Source: Octopus sinensis
Lineage: Eukaryota
Length of the DNA: 64,000 bases
NCBI RefSeq assembly: GCF_006345805.1
Contig: NC_043002.1
Span: 34,162,001 to 34,226,000 of the forward strand
Reading direction: 5' to 3'
Of this stretch, positions 53,192 through 64,000 are shown piece after piece (the stretch's first letter is position 1; each line of letters starts with the position of its first letter). The notes below the pieces were generated by a model. The model saw nothing but the letters and a program-made list of their open reading frames with translations. It had not been told where the DNA came from and made no database searches. Position numbers and translations under genes: made by a program.

Positions 53192-56100
53192 CCTTAAATC
53201 CTTAAAAATGTTTTAGCCCGAAGGCCGCTGAATGAGCTACACTAATATGTGAATCCACCTCTGATACGTGGCACTTGATCAACAAGGGAGTTCGATGCTG
53301 CTGCCCGCATCTGCGTCTCCTGTCGTGAGTAGGTCATCTGGGACTCCCAACAAGAAGAGATCCATTTTAGTTTTAAAGAAACCCACATCCTACCATGTAA
53401 GTCTCTCAGGCATTTAGGGAGGATGTTAAAGAGCTGTGGTCCTCTGAAACCCAAGCTGTTGTAGTATCTGGACCTGTATTTTGATGGTTATGTTGGAATC
53501 TTTGGCACCATGCAGTGGCGCCCCGTTCTGCGGTTGGGGTAACTTTGAATGCCAAAGTTTGGGACAAGACCCTCCAGGATTTTCCAGATGTATATCACCG
53601 CATATCTCTCCCGCCTCCGCTCTAGGGAGAAGAGGTTTAATACTTTCAGTCTTTCCCAGTAGCTGATATTTTGCATTGAGACGATTTTCTTTGTGTAGCT
53701 TCTCTGAATTGCTTCGAGTTCTGCTGTTAGTTTTATACTGTGAGGTGACCATAGTTGGGAGCAGTAGTCCAAGCGGCTGAGGACGAATATTTTCCATAGG
53801 ACCATCAGTTTCTCCTTCTCTCTTGTTCTGAAAGTTCGGAGAATCCATCCAGCTAGCCGTCTGCATTTTATCACCAGATTAGTAATATGCACTTGGAAAG
53901 ATGCATCATTGCTCATGTCAATGCCCAGGTCACGCACTGATTTTGACTCAGGGATTGCAATTCTTCCCGGGCCAGTGTATCCAGTCTGCACGTCGTTTAC
54001 CTTTGTGTGCCGGTAGCGCAGGGCCTGGAACTTACCTGCATTAAACTGCATGTTGTTGTCCTCAGCCCACCTGTATATTGTGTCCAACTCCTGTTGCAGA
54101 TGCGCAATATTTTCAGGGTTTTGTATTGTGTGGGAGACTTTTGTGTCATCTGCATAGCTAGCAAGGGTGGCCATCGTAGCAACTGAAGGCATGTCTGAAA
54201 GGGCCACTATGAACAGCAGTGGCCCCAAGACAGTGCCCTGTGGGACACCGCTTGTGTTTCCTTGGAGGTGGCTTCATTGCTCACAACTGCCTGTCTTCTG
54301 TCTTTTAGGAAGTTGTGCAGCCACTCTCCAAGTTTTCCGCCTATGCCGAGACCACGCAGTTTGTGACAGATCATACCATGGTCGACTTTATCAAAGACTT
54401 TTGCAAAGTCGAGATATATTACATCCACATTTGAGTCATTTAGTAACTGTTTCAACACCCAGTCATAGTGTTGCAGGAGCTGTGTTAGGCAGCTTCTACC
54501 TGGTCGAAATCCATGCTGGGTGTCAGACAGCAAGTCATTTTCTTCAAGGAACATGATTAGTTTCTTACGGACTATTCGTTCCATGACTTTGCTGATGTGT
54601 GAGGTCAGAGAGATAGGCCTATAATTTTTAGCATCTGCTCTGCTACCTCCCTTATGGATAGGGCATATTACCCCCTCTTTCAATTTGACTGGGAGCTTAC
54701 CACTTGCAAGAAAGCTCTGAAAAGAAGCTGTAGCGGTTTTGCAAGGGCTCGTTTGCACGATTTGAGAAGGATCGCTGGAAATCCGTCAGGTCCAGCAGCT
54801 GAGTTTGTGTCAATCTCATCTATGGCTAGTGTGATATCATCATCTTCGATGTTGATGTACTCAATTTTTGCCTCTTTGGCCGCAGGTAAAGTGGCAAAGA
54901 ATTCTTCTGGGTTGTTTACTTGCCTGTGTCCTAGAGGTGTAGTGAACACACTTTGGATTTGTTCGTTCAGTATTTCACTTATCCTCGTGGGATTTCCTGT
55001 GAGAGAGCCATCTTTTGGTGGAAGAGAGGTCCTATTCTCTGGTGCACTGTGGCTGTCTCTTTGGCAAACTTAAAGAAAGCTTTAGGGTTTGATTTTATAT
55101 TTTCTATTACCCAAGCTCTTTATCTGCTCTCTCCTCTCTTCCATGGGACTGATGCAGACTTTTCTCAATTTCCATTAGCATTCTCTCGAGCCGAGACTTC
55201 TCACCACTTTTGGTGTGCTTGCTCAGGCGGTTCGCAATCCTTGTCCGTCGTCTCATAAGAATCTTCCTTTCTCTAGGGATCCTGTTTTTGTTTTTGTGTG
55301 TGCTGGCCCTGCACACTGGGACATATTTGTCACATATGGCTTGTACTATGGACATGAAGTGTTTGTGTTTCATGTTAATGTCTGGTGTGGAGAGACATTT
55401 AGCCCAATCCTGTTTGAGGATCTCTTTCTCAATCAACTTCCAGTTTGCTTTATGAAAGTTTAAGTTGGAGAGATGGTGGATGCTTCGTATAGGCTGTGTG
55501 TCTACGGAGGCTTTTGGTCCATACATAGATAGCTCTATTATGTTGTGATCCGAGATCATTGTCAGCATCACATTAACATCATGGATAATATCCATATTGC
55601 TTGTGAAGCAGAGATCCAGTATATTATCTGCCCTTGTTGGTTGCAGAACTATTTGCTCCATGAAAGAGGCATTTGTGAGATGGAGCAGGGACTCTGCCTG
55701 TGCCTGCTGATGGTGTGTCATCCCTGAGAGCATCTGCCCCCCAGGCCATTCCACACTTGGGAAGTTAAAGTCACCCATGAAGAATACACTGTTGTGTTGT
55801 TCAAGGTTGGTGAGGACTTCTATTTTTGTTAGGCAGTCTTCAAACATGCCTGAGTGATTTGGGGCATCTGGTGGGCGATATGTAGTGCATATGACGATAT
55901 TGAGTTGTCTTATGTGTACAATTTGAGTTTCACACACTGAGTTTGAATATGACAACAGGACCTGGGACGTGAGGTCATCTTGGATGTACATTGCAACTTC
56001 ACCATGGCTCCTCCTTTTTCTATCTGCATATTGAGGCATGTGTATTTCTGCATCCCCTATATCGGGTCCAAGATGCGTTTCTGCGAGTGCCATGCATATA

Positions 56101-56870
56101 GCTTGATTGCTTGTCACAAGGTCTCTCAGGAATGAGATTTTCCTTTTACAGTTTCTGCGCAGCAGCCCTCCTACGTTCAGTAGAAATATTTTTGTGGTGT
56201 GTGTGTTGGTGTTGGTGTTGGTGTCTGTGGTGGCCATCCTGCATCTGTTGGTGGTGGCCGTATGTGGTGGTAGTTCCAGCTTTGTGCTTGTAGCCAGGTC
56301 AGCTGCTGAACAATTTTTTGTGCCATGCACAAAAAAGATTGCTGTTCAGCTTCTGCCCTTCTCACATCTGGGTGAAGCTGGCCATTTGTTGGGTTACCGC
56401 GCACCACATCCGCATATCGTCTTTCAGGAGTGGTCAGTGCGCTTTTTTCCTTCTTTTATATTTTTCTTTTTCTTTTTCTTTTTGTTCTTCCCAAGGGAAG
56501 GACCCCTGTCTCGCCGCCGCGCGGTTTTGATAGGGCCTCTGATGTGCAAAGCGACAGTTCGCACCTTCGACACCAGCAGTCCCCCTTCAGGTAGAATTTG
56601 CAGATGTTTCTTCCTTTGCTGGGGTTCTTTTGTTTTTTCTGGAAAGGGTTTGTTTTAGCTTTGATTTTCTTGCCTTTTACCTCCTGTTTCCCATCAATTT
56701 TAGGGTGCTTTTCTTTTCTTGCGGCCATCGTACCTCTTTGGTCTTCAGTTGTGGTGTTGGGAGCTGGACATGTGTCATTGTTTCCCTGTGTTCTAGGTTT
56801 CTCGGTTTTGTCTTTTGTTGGGTCCTGGATGTTTTCTTCATCCTTTTGGCTTTCCCTGGATATATTTATA
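53188..56870 (-). mobile_element. Near-full-length CR1-clade LINE, frameshifted
   Basis: ORF1 remnant with a CCCH finger (CKFYLKGDC...ANCRFAH across a frameshift); APE (LNVGGL, LAETHL, GDFNFP, SDHN); RT (NYRPISLTSHISKVME, YLDFAKVFDKVDH, ASYADDTK); 3' tail (AAGGATTT)n. Confidence 0.93.
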
Positions 56871-57102
56871 TATATATATATATATATATGCAATATAATT
56901 TTTCTGAATTTTCACATTTTTCGATATACTAGGCCACTGGTATTAAATTGATATTAATCAAATTAATGTTCAATTTTTCACCCTTATTATTTATATATAT
57001 ATAGTTAATCCAAACATGAACAAGTAAGAAAAAACAACAACGCGAGGACGTGCAATAAGTACAGTGTTGTTGGACGCTCAGGAAAGAAAGAAAAGAAAGA
57101 GG

Positions 57103-57137
57103 ATTTGACGTTTCGAGAGGAGCCCTTCGTCAGAAAT
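57103..57137 (-). ncRNA. Very short hammerhead motif in a (TA)n-embedded unit
   Basis: ATTT-CUGACGA-A-GGG(CTCCT)CTC-GAAA-CG-UC-AAAT: 4-bp helix I, ACGT palindrome, GUC site. Confidence 0.6.
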
Positions 57138-57184
57138 ATAGGCGGAGAAAGAAGATCGCCAACGATACACAGGCGGTCATATAT

Positions 57185-57226
<42 letters not shown>

Positions 57227-57232
57227 TATATA

Positions 57233-57272
<40 letters not shown>

Positions 57273-57918
57273 TATATGTATGTATGTATGTATGATGTAT
57301 GTATGTATGTATGTATGTATGCCATTTATGTATTATGTATATATGTATACATGCATATATATATATACACATACATATATGCGTGTAAGCGTACGGGCAT
57401 GTGCGTGTGTGTGTGTGTTTGTGTTTGTGTGTGTGTGTGGTGTGTGTGCGTGTGTGTGTGTGCGTGCGCGCACATGATTTCACATATATGTAGTCAATCA
57501 ATATTATCTATTATGTTTAATATTTATATCAACACCATTTTCCAAGTAGGGTCTTCTCCCACCGTTTTCAGGTGCCATATATGTATTACATATAGATTAT
57601 TGCGTACTGTTTATAAATGTATAATGGTTATGTTTATCTCAAGGTGTATATGAAGCATTTTAGTGCAAAATGGTTTTGGAAACAGCTTCAAATGATCGGT
57701 TCACGAAACAAAATTTTTGTAGCAACATATGTGGATGTGTATTCGATCATATTTGAAATAACAAGCGCGCATGAATAGATACAAACAAAATTAGTTGCTC
57801 ATTTTCTTTTATTTAACAATATCAGCAACACAGATGCATTTCGTTGAATATAGTAACATTTCAGTTTAGAATATATTTATAACATTATGTATGCATTTGC
57901 GTGTATACGGATAGAAGC

Positions 57919-57957
<39 letters not shown>

Positions 57958-57969
57958 AGTATAATAATA

Positions 57970-58037
<68 letters not shown>

Positions 58038-58039
58038 TA

Positions 58040-58580
58040 CCAGGCAGTGGCTCTCATGACTTCTGATCTTAACTGATTGGAAGTGTTATCATGTACATTG
58101 TTTTGTCTTGGTATAAAAGATGGGCTACAGCAAATATTCTGCTCAATACCACAGATTTGCTTGTCAGTTGTTTGACCTTAACCAGTTGAGCATGTCCCTT
58201 AGTGGCTGACGATATGTGCATCTCTGATCACGAGCAGAAGTAGTGGGGGAGCATCATAGCCATGTGTTGAGAGGGATTCTTTGGGGTTTGAATAGTTCAC
58301 CTCTGAAACATGGGTGGTTCTTTTCAACATCCTTAAGCAACCCTTATTCAGGGACCGTTGAGCGGGATGGGCTACTCACCTGAAGAAAATTCTAACTGGG
58401 CCCCACCTGCAAGGTCATGTGCTGTTTATCTTGATATGAGATCACCATGTCGCGCACATATGGTTGTGATGCATGTGCCTGGTGTACCTTTATCAGACGG
58501 GTAGTCATGATGGGTATATTGGGCTTCGTATATTTTACCCCAGTGTCACTTTGATGGCATGAACTGCTCTCTCACTCAAT
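58040..58580. mobile_element. About 540-bp non-coding element flanked by (AAT)n on both sides
   Basis: Long (AAT)n tracts at 57960-58038 and 58578-58642 bracket a non-repetitive core. Confidence 0.55.
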
Positions 58581-58599
58581 AATAATAATAATAATCATC

Positions 58600-58641
<42 letters not shown>

Positions 58642-58806
58642 TGAGGGAATATTATTCCTAACTTACAGGGAAAAATTCAATTTAGAAATACTAAAAATAT
58701 AACATATATATTTTATATTTAATATTTCTATTATATGTAATTTTCTAGATGGTGTAATTTAATTTTTCATTTTAAATTGATAAAAGGTGTTTTTATCTAA
58801 TTTATA

Positions 58807-58842
<36 letters not shown>

Positions 58843-59319
58843 TGTGTGTGTGTGTGTGTGTGTGCGCGCGCGCGCGTGTGTATCGTTTGCGATTATACGT
58901 CGGTTTCCAAAAATATATATGGAAAAATAAAAATCAAGTTAAGTCATTTTACTCGATTTTACGTGTGTCTGCCACAAATATTGGAATCGTAAAATTACTA
59001 GAAAACCGTTAACAGCACATGAAATCATATTACTGTACAATAAATAAGAACAAAGGCATACAAAATCATATTAAATTATGTACAGTAAATGTCAAGATAC
59101 ACACCATAAAGTAGTGTAGCTTAGTGAACAAAATCGTGAAACCAGCTGTGTTGTCTTATTTATCGGTCTTTCGAACCTCGTATTACACTGTAGTTCCAAT
59201 ATCTAGCGTTAGGCGTCGTTGTCACTCGTGATTCCCGCGATTGTTTTGAATTCAGATTTGTTTACGTCTGTTTATCGGTTACTTTCTTATTCTCATTAAT
59301 TTGTGACTTTATTTTTTGC

Positions 59320-59900
59320 CCCCATGGCTCTGAAGAAAATTCATAGTGAAACTGCTAAGCGTCATGCTATAACGCTGGAAGATAATCTGGCTATGATAAA
59401 ACGCCATGAAAAAGGTTAAAAAGTGGTAGCAATTGCATGATCATTTGAGATGAGTCGGACAACTGTATTGACGATTGTAAATAATAAGAACAAGATTTTA
59501 GCACATATCAAATCTGAAGCCCCGGAGATAAAGAACATTGTCATCAATAAGAAAAGAGGGAAAAATCTTTGAAGAAATGGAAAGTCGTCTTTCTCCTTGG
59601 ATTGTTAGGTTGAATCGTCACCGTGTTACTATTAGTCAAGAAATCATTCAAAAGAAAGTGTTGTCTTTGTTTGAGGACCTGAAGAAAAAATATCCATACG
59701 AGAAAGATCTGGAGTTCAAGGCAAGTCAAAGATGCTTCATGAGATTTAAGGAGCGAAGAAGTGATCACTCCATTAAGAAGCAAGGTGAAAGTGCATCAGC
59801 TGACGAGCAAGCAGCAGCGGAATTTCCTAATGCATTAAAGAAAACACTGGCTATCAAAAAAAAAATAATAATAATTGCCTGCTACCCAGACAAATGGTGC
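59320..59900 (+). mobile_element. Tigger/pogo transposase N-terminal remnant
   Basis: RHAITLEDNLAMIKRHEKG...MSRTTVLTI (psq-type HTH) and EEMESRLSPWI...ISQEIIQKKVLSLF...FKASQRCFMRFKER...GESASADEQAA (CENP-B-type HTH); stops present. Confidence 0.85.
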
Positions 59901-60189
59901 CGCACTAGACTAAATCGAGTACGCTGATTACGAATCTGAACTCAGAATTGCTGTAGCACATCAAGATATTGAGTTATGCGCATAATTATGATAATAGTAT
60001 ATTTGTACTGTATATAGTATATTTATGTTCAAGGCAAATGTATTATAATATAATGGTACATAGTATATTTATGTTAAGGGGATACTTACTTTATTTTTGT
60101 TATGCTCAGCTCAGGAATATTTGAGACACTTGCTCTTGCGCTTATTTATCGTGCTGGTCTCCCGTTGTAGGAACCAGTAGTAGTCACCC

Positions 60190-60430
60190 ATCATGTGTGG
60201 ATTGAACCGACCTTGATACCTCGTTTCCATTTCAGATATGTCCTGGTGGAACCTCTCTTTCCATGCTCATCACTAACGCTACCAAGATTTATTAGAAAAA
60301 AATCAAGATGAGAATGCAAGAAGTGCATTTTAAGGGACATTCGGCGTCCCGTTCTTTCATACGCTGTTAGCGTGTTGTTTATTAAATCAGCATAGTTTTC
60401 AACTCTATGATTTCCAAGAAAGTTCTGTAC
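60190..60430 (-). mobile_element. Fragment of the same transposon family as 18787-20905
   Basis: NFLGNHRVENY...MSLKMHFLHSHLDFF..NLGSVSDEHG. Confidence 0.8.
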
Positions 60431-60981
60431 AACTAACACGACTTTGAACTCAGAACGTAACGGCAGACGAAATACGGCTACGCATTTCGCCCGGCGTGCT
60501 AACGTTTTTGCCAGCTCGCCGCCTGAAATATTGATATATTGATATATATTGATATACAATTATTTATGAGCACAAACAACGATAATAATTCTACCCAATA
60601 TTTCGACCTGTATACATTACAAACAAGAATATATGAAAGCATATTGTATATGAATATATTCATGAGTGTATTCATATTTGTTAGAAGCAAATGTATGTAA
60701 ATGTGTAAAACAGAAGCGAACGTACATTTAGTATATTTTTCTTACATTATATCATGTTATAAGCTTTAGGTAGGCGATTCAAAATACGAAAGCCGACAGT
60801 TCGGTTGTTCGTTATTTTTTCTTTCCTTACAATATCGAATGCATATAGCATGAACAGGCAATATTTTATTTAATTCGTTGTCGCTGTCAATGAACTGTAT
60901 CGCACATCACTACAGTTCTCTATGTTTATAGTAGGTGTATCATATAGCAGTACAGTTTATATATATATATATATATATATA

Positions 60982-61998
60982 TCTTTATATATATAAAACT
61001 GAGAATGTGTGTCTGTCTGTCTGTGTGTTTCCCTAAAACTTGAGAACTACACAACCAATTTCATTCAAATTTTACACATGCCGGGGAGTGTCATCGGCAA
61101 AAAAAAGTTCAACTTTTTGCCTAGGGCGAGCCCACAGCAATATCACATATTCTCCACTATTTCAGTATTACGTGTTAAAAGTGAAACAAAAACGTTTCTC
61201 TATTTTATGTCAGATACTTTCACTTTAACAATAAAAATAATAATAACAATTGAATTATATGTAGTAAGTAATAAGTAAAATCAAACTAAAGTATAATATA
61301 ATCGTAACATAACAAAAGTAAAAATAGCAATTGGTATAAAATTGCATCAATGACTTGAACTTGAATAAGTGGTTTCACATGAATGGGAATAAATTAAAAA
61401 TAAAATTAGCGTGCAGAAATGGAATAGTCCAGATGGAAATAAAAAATTAAATTAAAGAAAAGACTATTGTCTATAAAGTATACAATGTAGAGAAAAAGAA
61501 GATTTGAACACGTGGAGGAAAGCACCTTCGAAAAGTGTCTTAGTGCGACTATGAAAGGTATCTAATCAGAGGCGGTAAATTCGCCACAATAGAAGCAAGG
61601 TTCGAGTCAACGGAGCGTGCAAGGGAGTACTCGACTCGAACTTGCAAATTGGAAATATTTTATTTTTAATTTTATATATATGGGACGTAGGACGTCCCAG
61701 AAAAAAATTTTAAATGCCCCCCCCCTGAAGTAGAGGTAGGCTGGATTGTAGCCACACTTCTATACAAGAGGGAGGACAAGATACAATTGATCGAAATTAC
61801 AAGAGACGGGCTAACAATTCCAGTCTGTTATATATTTTGAGTATCGTTATCACTAGCGATATCAAGTTATAACTTTGTATTTTGTATTTTATGTGTAGAT
61901 GTATATATATAGATGTACATGTAATATGTACATATATATATACACATATATACATGCACTAGCACTATGACCCGGCAACGACGGGTCTTTAATGCTAG
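60982..61998 (+). mobile_element. Non-autonomous Helitron
   Basis: A|TC 5' end (60982); 3' hairpin GACCCG/CGGGTC (61969-61987) 7 nt before CTAG|T (61995-61998). Confidence 0.75.
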
Positions 61999-62002
61999 TA
62001 TA

Positions 62003-62275
62003 TATATATTAGAAGAAATGAGGTACTCAAAAATCCGGATGGTTTTATATTTACAGATATTTATTAGTATGTTACATGTGTTTATACATCATTTATCATA
62101 TATCATATATCAGCGCTTTCGTCCATTATAGTGGAGTCTTGAAGACTCCAATAGAATGGACGAAAGCGCTTATATGATATATGATAAATGATGTATAAAA
62201 ACATGTAACATACTAATAAATATCTGTAAATAAAAACATCCGGATTTCTGAGTACCTCATTTCTTCTAATATATA
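62003..62275. repeat. Fold-back palindrome of about 135-bp arms, centred on a truncated hammerhead core
   Basis: Arms meet at TGGAGTCTT-G-AAGACTCCA (62141); each arm carries TCCA/TGGA-C-GAAA-GCGC-T. Confidence 0.85.
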
Positions 62276-62304
62276 ATACCTGTACATCATCTCCAAACCT
62301 ACTA

Positions 62305-62372
<68 letters not shown>

Positions 62373-62490
62373 ATATATATATATATATATTACAATTATA
62401 GAATATTTTGTATAATTCACCTAAAAAGGTTTTTTAACTTGGTAAAATTAATAATTATTAATTAATTAATTTAACCCATATTATTATTAA

Positions 62491-62534
<44 letters not shown>

Positions 62535-64000
62535 CTGTGTTTGTGCCTCCACCATCGCTTGACAACCGATGCTGGCGTGTTTACGTCCCCGTAACTTAGC
62601 GGTTTGGCGAAAGAAACGGATAGAATAAGTACTAGGCTTACAAAGAATAAGTCCTGGGGTCGATTTGCTTGACTAAAAGGCGGTGCTCCAGCATGGCCAC
62701 AGTCAAATGACTGAAACAAGTAAAAGAGTTATATATATATATATATATATATATATCATATAGCAGTACGGTTGTCTGTATAGACACTTAATTGCAGTAC
62801 AATTGCCTCTGTATACACACTCCTCTTCCTTCTCTCCCCTTTCCTGTCTTCTCTCCCTCCTTCTCCCTTTCCGTTTCATTTCTATATCCCTCTTTCATTA
62901 TTCCCTCCTCCCCCCCCCCACTCTCTGTCTGGATGTCAATACCGTCGTACCTAACAATTGCTAGTTACTCCACTCAAAATCAGTTGCCAGTTTTATGTCT
63001 CTTTTCTACCCATCTCCATCAAATCTTAGCTCATCTCTCTCGGTTATCATTAAATCCAGCCAAATCTTGGCGCTTGCACTCATCTCACATCAACGTCGAG
63101 AGTACAGAGGTCAGTGTGTCTGTCATCTTGGACAGTCATTCTGCATCAGTCTTGAGACCTATGTCTGCGTGACCAACTGATTTCTGAATTTATCTCTTTT
63201 TCTCTTTACCTCAAAACCCAGCCGTTATCTCTCCATCACTGACCTTTTAGCTCCTTCAGCTTATCAACAATAATGGTTTCAAATTTGGTACAATTTGGCC
63301 AGCAATTTCCGGAATGGGATAAGTCGATTACATTCGATACCAGTTCTCGACTGGAGATTATTTTATCGACTCCCAAAAGGATGAAAGCCAATGTCGACCC
63401 CGGCGGTATTTGAACCCAGAACGTAATGACGGAAAAAAATGTCACAAAGCACTTTGCCCAACGTGCTAACGATTCTGTCAGATCTCCGCCTTCATCTAAA
63501 TGCTAATATTGATTTCAAATTTTGGGGGACAAGGACAGCAATATCGGGGGTGAGGATAAGTCGATTACATCGACACCAGTTCTCAACTGGTAATTATTTT
63601 ACCGACCCCGAAAGGATGAAAGGCAAAGTCGACTCCGAAAGGGTGAACGGCAAAGTTGACCTCGGCGGTATTTGAACTCTTGAATCCTTTGAATCTTTGC
63701 TGGCAAAAGGACAGCAACATCGAACCCAGTGTTCAACTGGTAATTATTTTACCGAGCCCGGAAGAATGAAAGGGCAAAGTTGACCTCGGCGGAATTTAAA
63801 CTCAGAACGTAAAGACAGCGAAATACCCTTCAGCATTTTGCCCGGTTTTGCGAACGATTCTTCCAGCTCGCCGTCTTAATGTTATCATTAATATTATCAA
63901 CATGTTGCTGGCCTTGTGCCAAAAACTTGAAACCAATACTATCAACATACCTCCATTGTCTAAATACACAACAATGTCTCCGCCATGAAATAACTTACAC

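Overview
AT-rich, microsatellite-saturated animal genomic DNA. The repeat landscape looks like Octopus/coleoid cephalopod, but that is an inference from recalled repeat families. There is one 100-N gap (32170-32269). The only host gene I can support is an even-skipped (eve/Evx) homeobox gene on the minus strand: three coding exons (14617-14377, 9001-8841, 6804-6220), 328 aa. It is followed on its upstream side by about 49 kb with no recognisable host gene. That stretch holds decayed transposons: tRNA-derived SINEs (3 families), CR1, L1/Tx1, RTE and Penelope-like retroelements, Tc1/mariner, Tigger, hAT and Helitron remnants. The most striking unannotated signal is about 18 minimal type I hammerhead-ribozyme (HHR) motifs from several sequence-unrelated families. 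Nearly all have a palindromic helix III (dimer-type) and sit in short Penelope-derived fold-back or retrozyme-like elements; four are inside eve intron 1. In one element the inversion junction falls within 1 nt of the predicted self-cleavage site. Nearly all long ORFs in the supplied track are microsatellite artefacts.
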